From: Octopus sinensis
Taxonomy: Eukaryota
Length of the DNA: 64,000 nucleotides
Direction of reading: 5' to 3'
Assembly: GCF_006345805.1 (NCBI RefSeq)
Contig: NC_043011.1
Location: forward strand, 47,194,464 to 47,258,463
A model generated the notes under the pieces. That model had not been told where the DNA came from and did not search any database. It saw nothing but the letters and a program-made list of their open reading frames with translations. Positions 62,099 to 64,000 of the stretch are shown piece after piece; position 1 is the stretch's first letter, and each line of letters opens with the position of its first letter. The translations under genes were made by a program, and so were the position numbers.

Positions 62099-63419
62099 AT
62101 CAGCACCCACACCATTGATTTTTACATGCCACCTTGTTTTGAGGATATCAATTCTGTTGTGGCAGGTGGGTTTTCTCAAGTCCATCAATGCGCCACGTAT
62201 CTCTCTCCTCAGACACCTCCTTCATAAGGCTTATATAAACACATACAGTGAGACTTTTCACTTTCCATCTACCAATCCCACTCACAAGGCTTTTTGTCAA
62301 CCTAAGGCAACACAGTGGGGACTGAGTCCGGAACCATGTGGGTGAGAAGCCAAATTTTTACCACATAGTCACATCTGCACCTATGACTTATTGTATGATA
62401 TATTCATGGGTATTTTACATTGTAACAATATATCAGAAAGTAAACTATTTTGTCTCTGCAGCATCTTTCTGAATTACACAATGACTCAGAACTACATCAT
62501 GTCAACAATTGCCAAAATAAAACAGGATAAATAAAAGAGCAACAGCAACAAAGACAATAATGATAACCTTTTATTTGCCATAGAGGTGATAAAGACACAA
62601 CAATACAATTAAAATTAAATTAATCCAATAGTTAATTAGAATAACTTACATTTTAAAAAAATTGGGTAACAGCCCTCCCTACATACAAACACAGAATACA
62701 AATAATATGGATGAAATATACAATGGTCTTGTACAAGTGATTTTGATTAAGGCACAAGGACAGCTATTTTGAGGGGAGGGGGAATGAGTTGATACCACTG
62801 ACCCCAGTACTTGACTGGTATTTCATTGGTAGAATTGGAATTCAGAATGTAAAACATTGGAAGAGTTCGAGCAAAGATCGCTTGCTAACGTAACATAGCA
62901 GTCCTGCTTTATGGCAAATGTTGCTGAAATTCAGCCCCAAGAGACATTGTCTCCGGCTGGCTATATTACACAGTCTGTGTCCTTATGCTTTCGAACAGGG
63001 GAATGATCTGATAGAATGATCTGATAAGGTGGTGATCTGATAGAATCCTTAGTGTACTGGAGGAAACAGTTAATGGCATTTCAACCATTTTTGCATTCTG
63101 GGTCCAAATGGCACTGAGGTTCAACTTTGCCTTCCATTCATTCATAATCAATAAAATAAGTACCAGTTTCATACTGAGGTCAATGTACTCAACTTTCTCC
63201 TTCCCACAAAATTTCAGTGTCCTTATTCCATGCTTGCATTGTTCAATTAAATGGAGCCACTTGAAATGGTCGTATTCCACTAATACTTGACCTCCTGTTA
63301 CTTATTTTGATTTTATTCGCCTCACTTCGAGCTGTGCAGATAATACCAAACTGACTTGGTGCCTCAACTCATGTACCTAATTCAACTGAATCTTAATTAT
63401 TTCATATATATATATATAT

Positions 63420-63768
63420 TTATAAACAAGAAAAAGGCAACAAGAATGGATTAGTTGTTCAGTACAATTGTTTCATATGAAGAACAGCTTTATTAAAAGC
63501 TGCAAATATTGCAACAAATACAAGTGTCCCGTATTCATCAGCCAAAACACATATGAGTTTTCCAAACATCCTAGGGGGGTGAGGCTACACTCATGAAGTA
63601 TCGAAGAGAGTTCTATGAAAAGCAAAGTTAGATTGTAAGCAGAACTTTTGAAGTCTGTATTTGCTTGTATTTGCTGCAATATTTGCAGCTTTTAATAAAG
63701 CTGTTCTTCGTATGAAACAATTGTACTAAACAACTAATCCATTCTTGTTGCTTTTTTCTTGTTTATAA
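63420..63768. mobile_element. Foldback MITE with 105-bp inverted arms
   Basis: 63420-63524 vs reverse complement of 63664-63768: 101/105, 139-bp spacer. Confidence 0.9.
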
Positions 63769-64000
63769 TCACCCCACATTATTTTATGGTTAATACCATA
63801 TAGATTTCTGGTGCATCTAAGTTAAGTACTGCATTCATGTGAATTCATTGGAACTCACTTGAATCTTAATTGTTTTTACTGAAATTATACATATTCATAT
63901 ATATGTATATACAACAGGCTTCTTTCAGTTTCCCCCCATACCAAATCCACTCACAAGGCTTTGGTTGGCCTGAAGCCATAGCAGAAGACACTTACTCAAA

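Overview
AT-rich, microsatellite-saturated eukaryotic non-coding DNA (intergenic or long intron). The SINE families look like those of an octopus/coleoid cephalopod; this is recognition, not a database result. No host protein-coding gene can be identified with confidence: almost every ORF in the track is a microsatellite or SINE artefact. The only recognisable protein remnants are transposon-derived: a Tx1/L1-clade LINE C-terminus (2362-2811), an RTE/BovB-like C-terminus (18771-19028, minus) and an internally deleted mariner (41173-41734). The rest is a mosaic of at least five tRNA-derived or LINE-tail SINE families (labelled A-E here), TTAA-flanked piggyBac-type MITEs, Tc1/mariner MITEs, two Helitron copies and long inverted repeats. 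Most interesting: (i) seven loci carrying minimal type-I hammerhead-ribozyme motifs in several short Penelope-like repeat families, one fused to a tRNA-derived head; (ii) the abundant SINE family B shares its 3' tail with the Tx1-like LINE, and that LINE appears inserted twice into a (TATC)n array; (iii) a 172/173-identical locally templated insertion carrying a candidate micro-exon; (iv) several fine-scale repair or rearrangement scars. Coordinates of degraded repeats are approximate (+/-10-20 bp).
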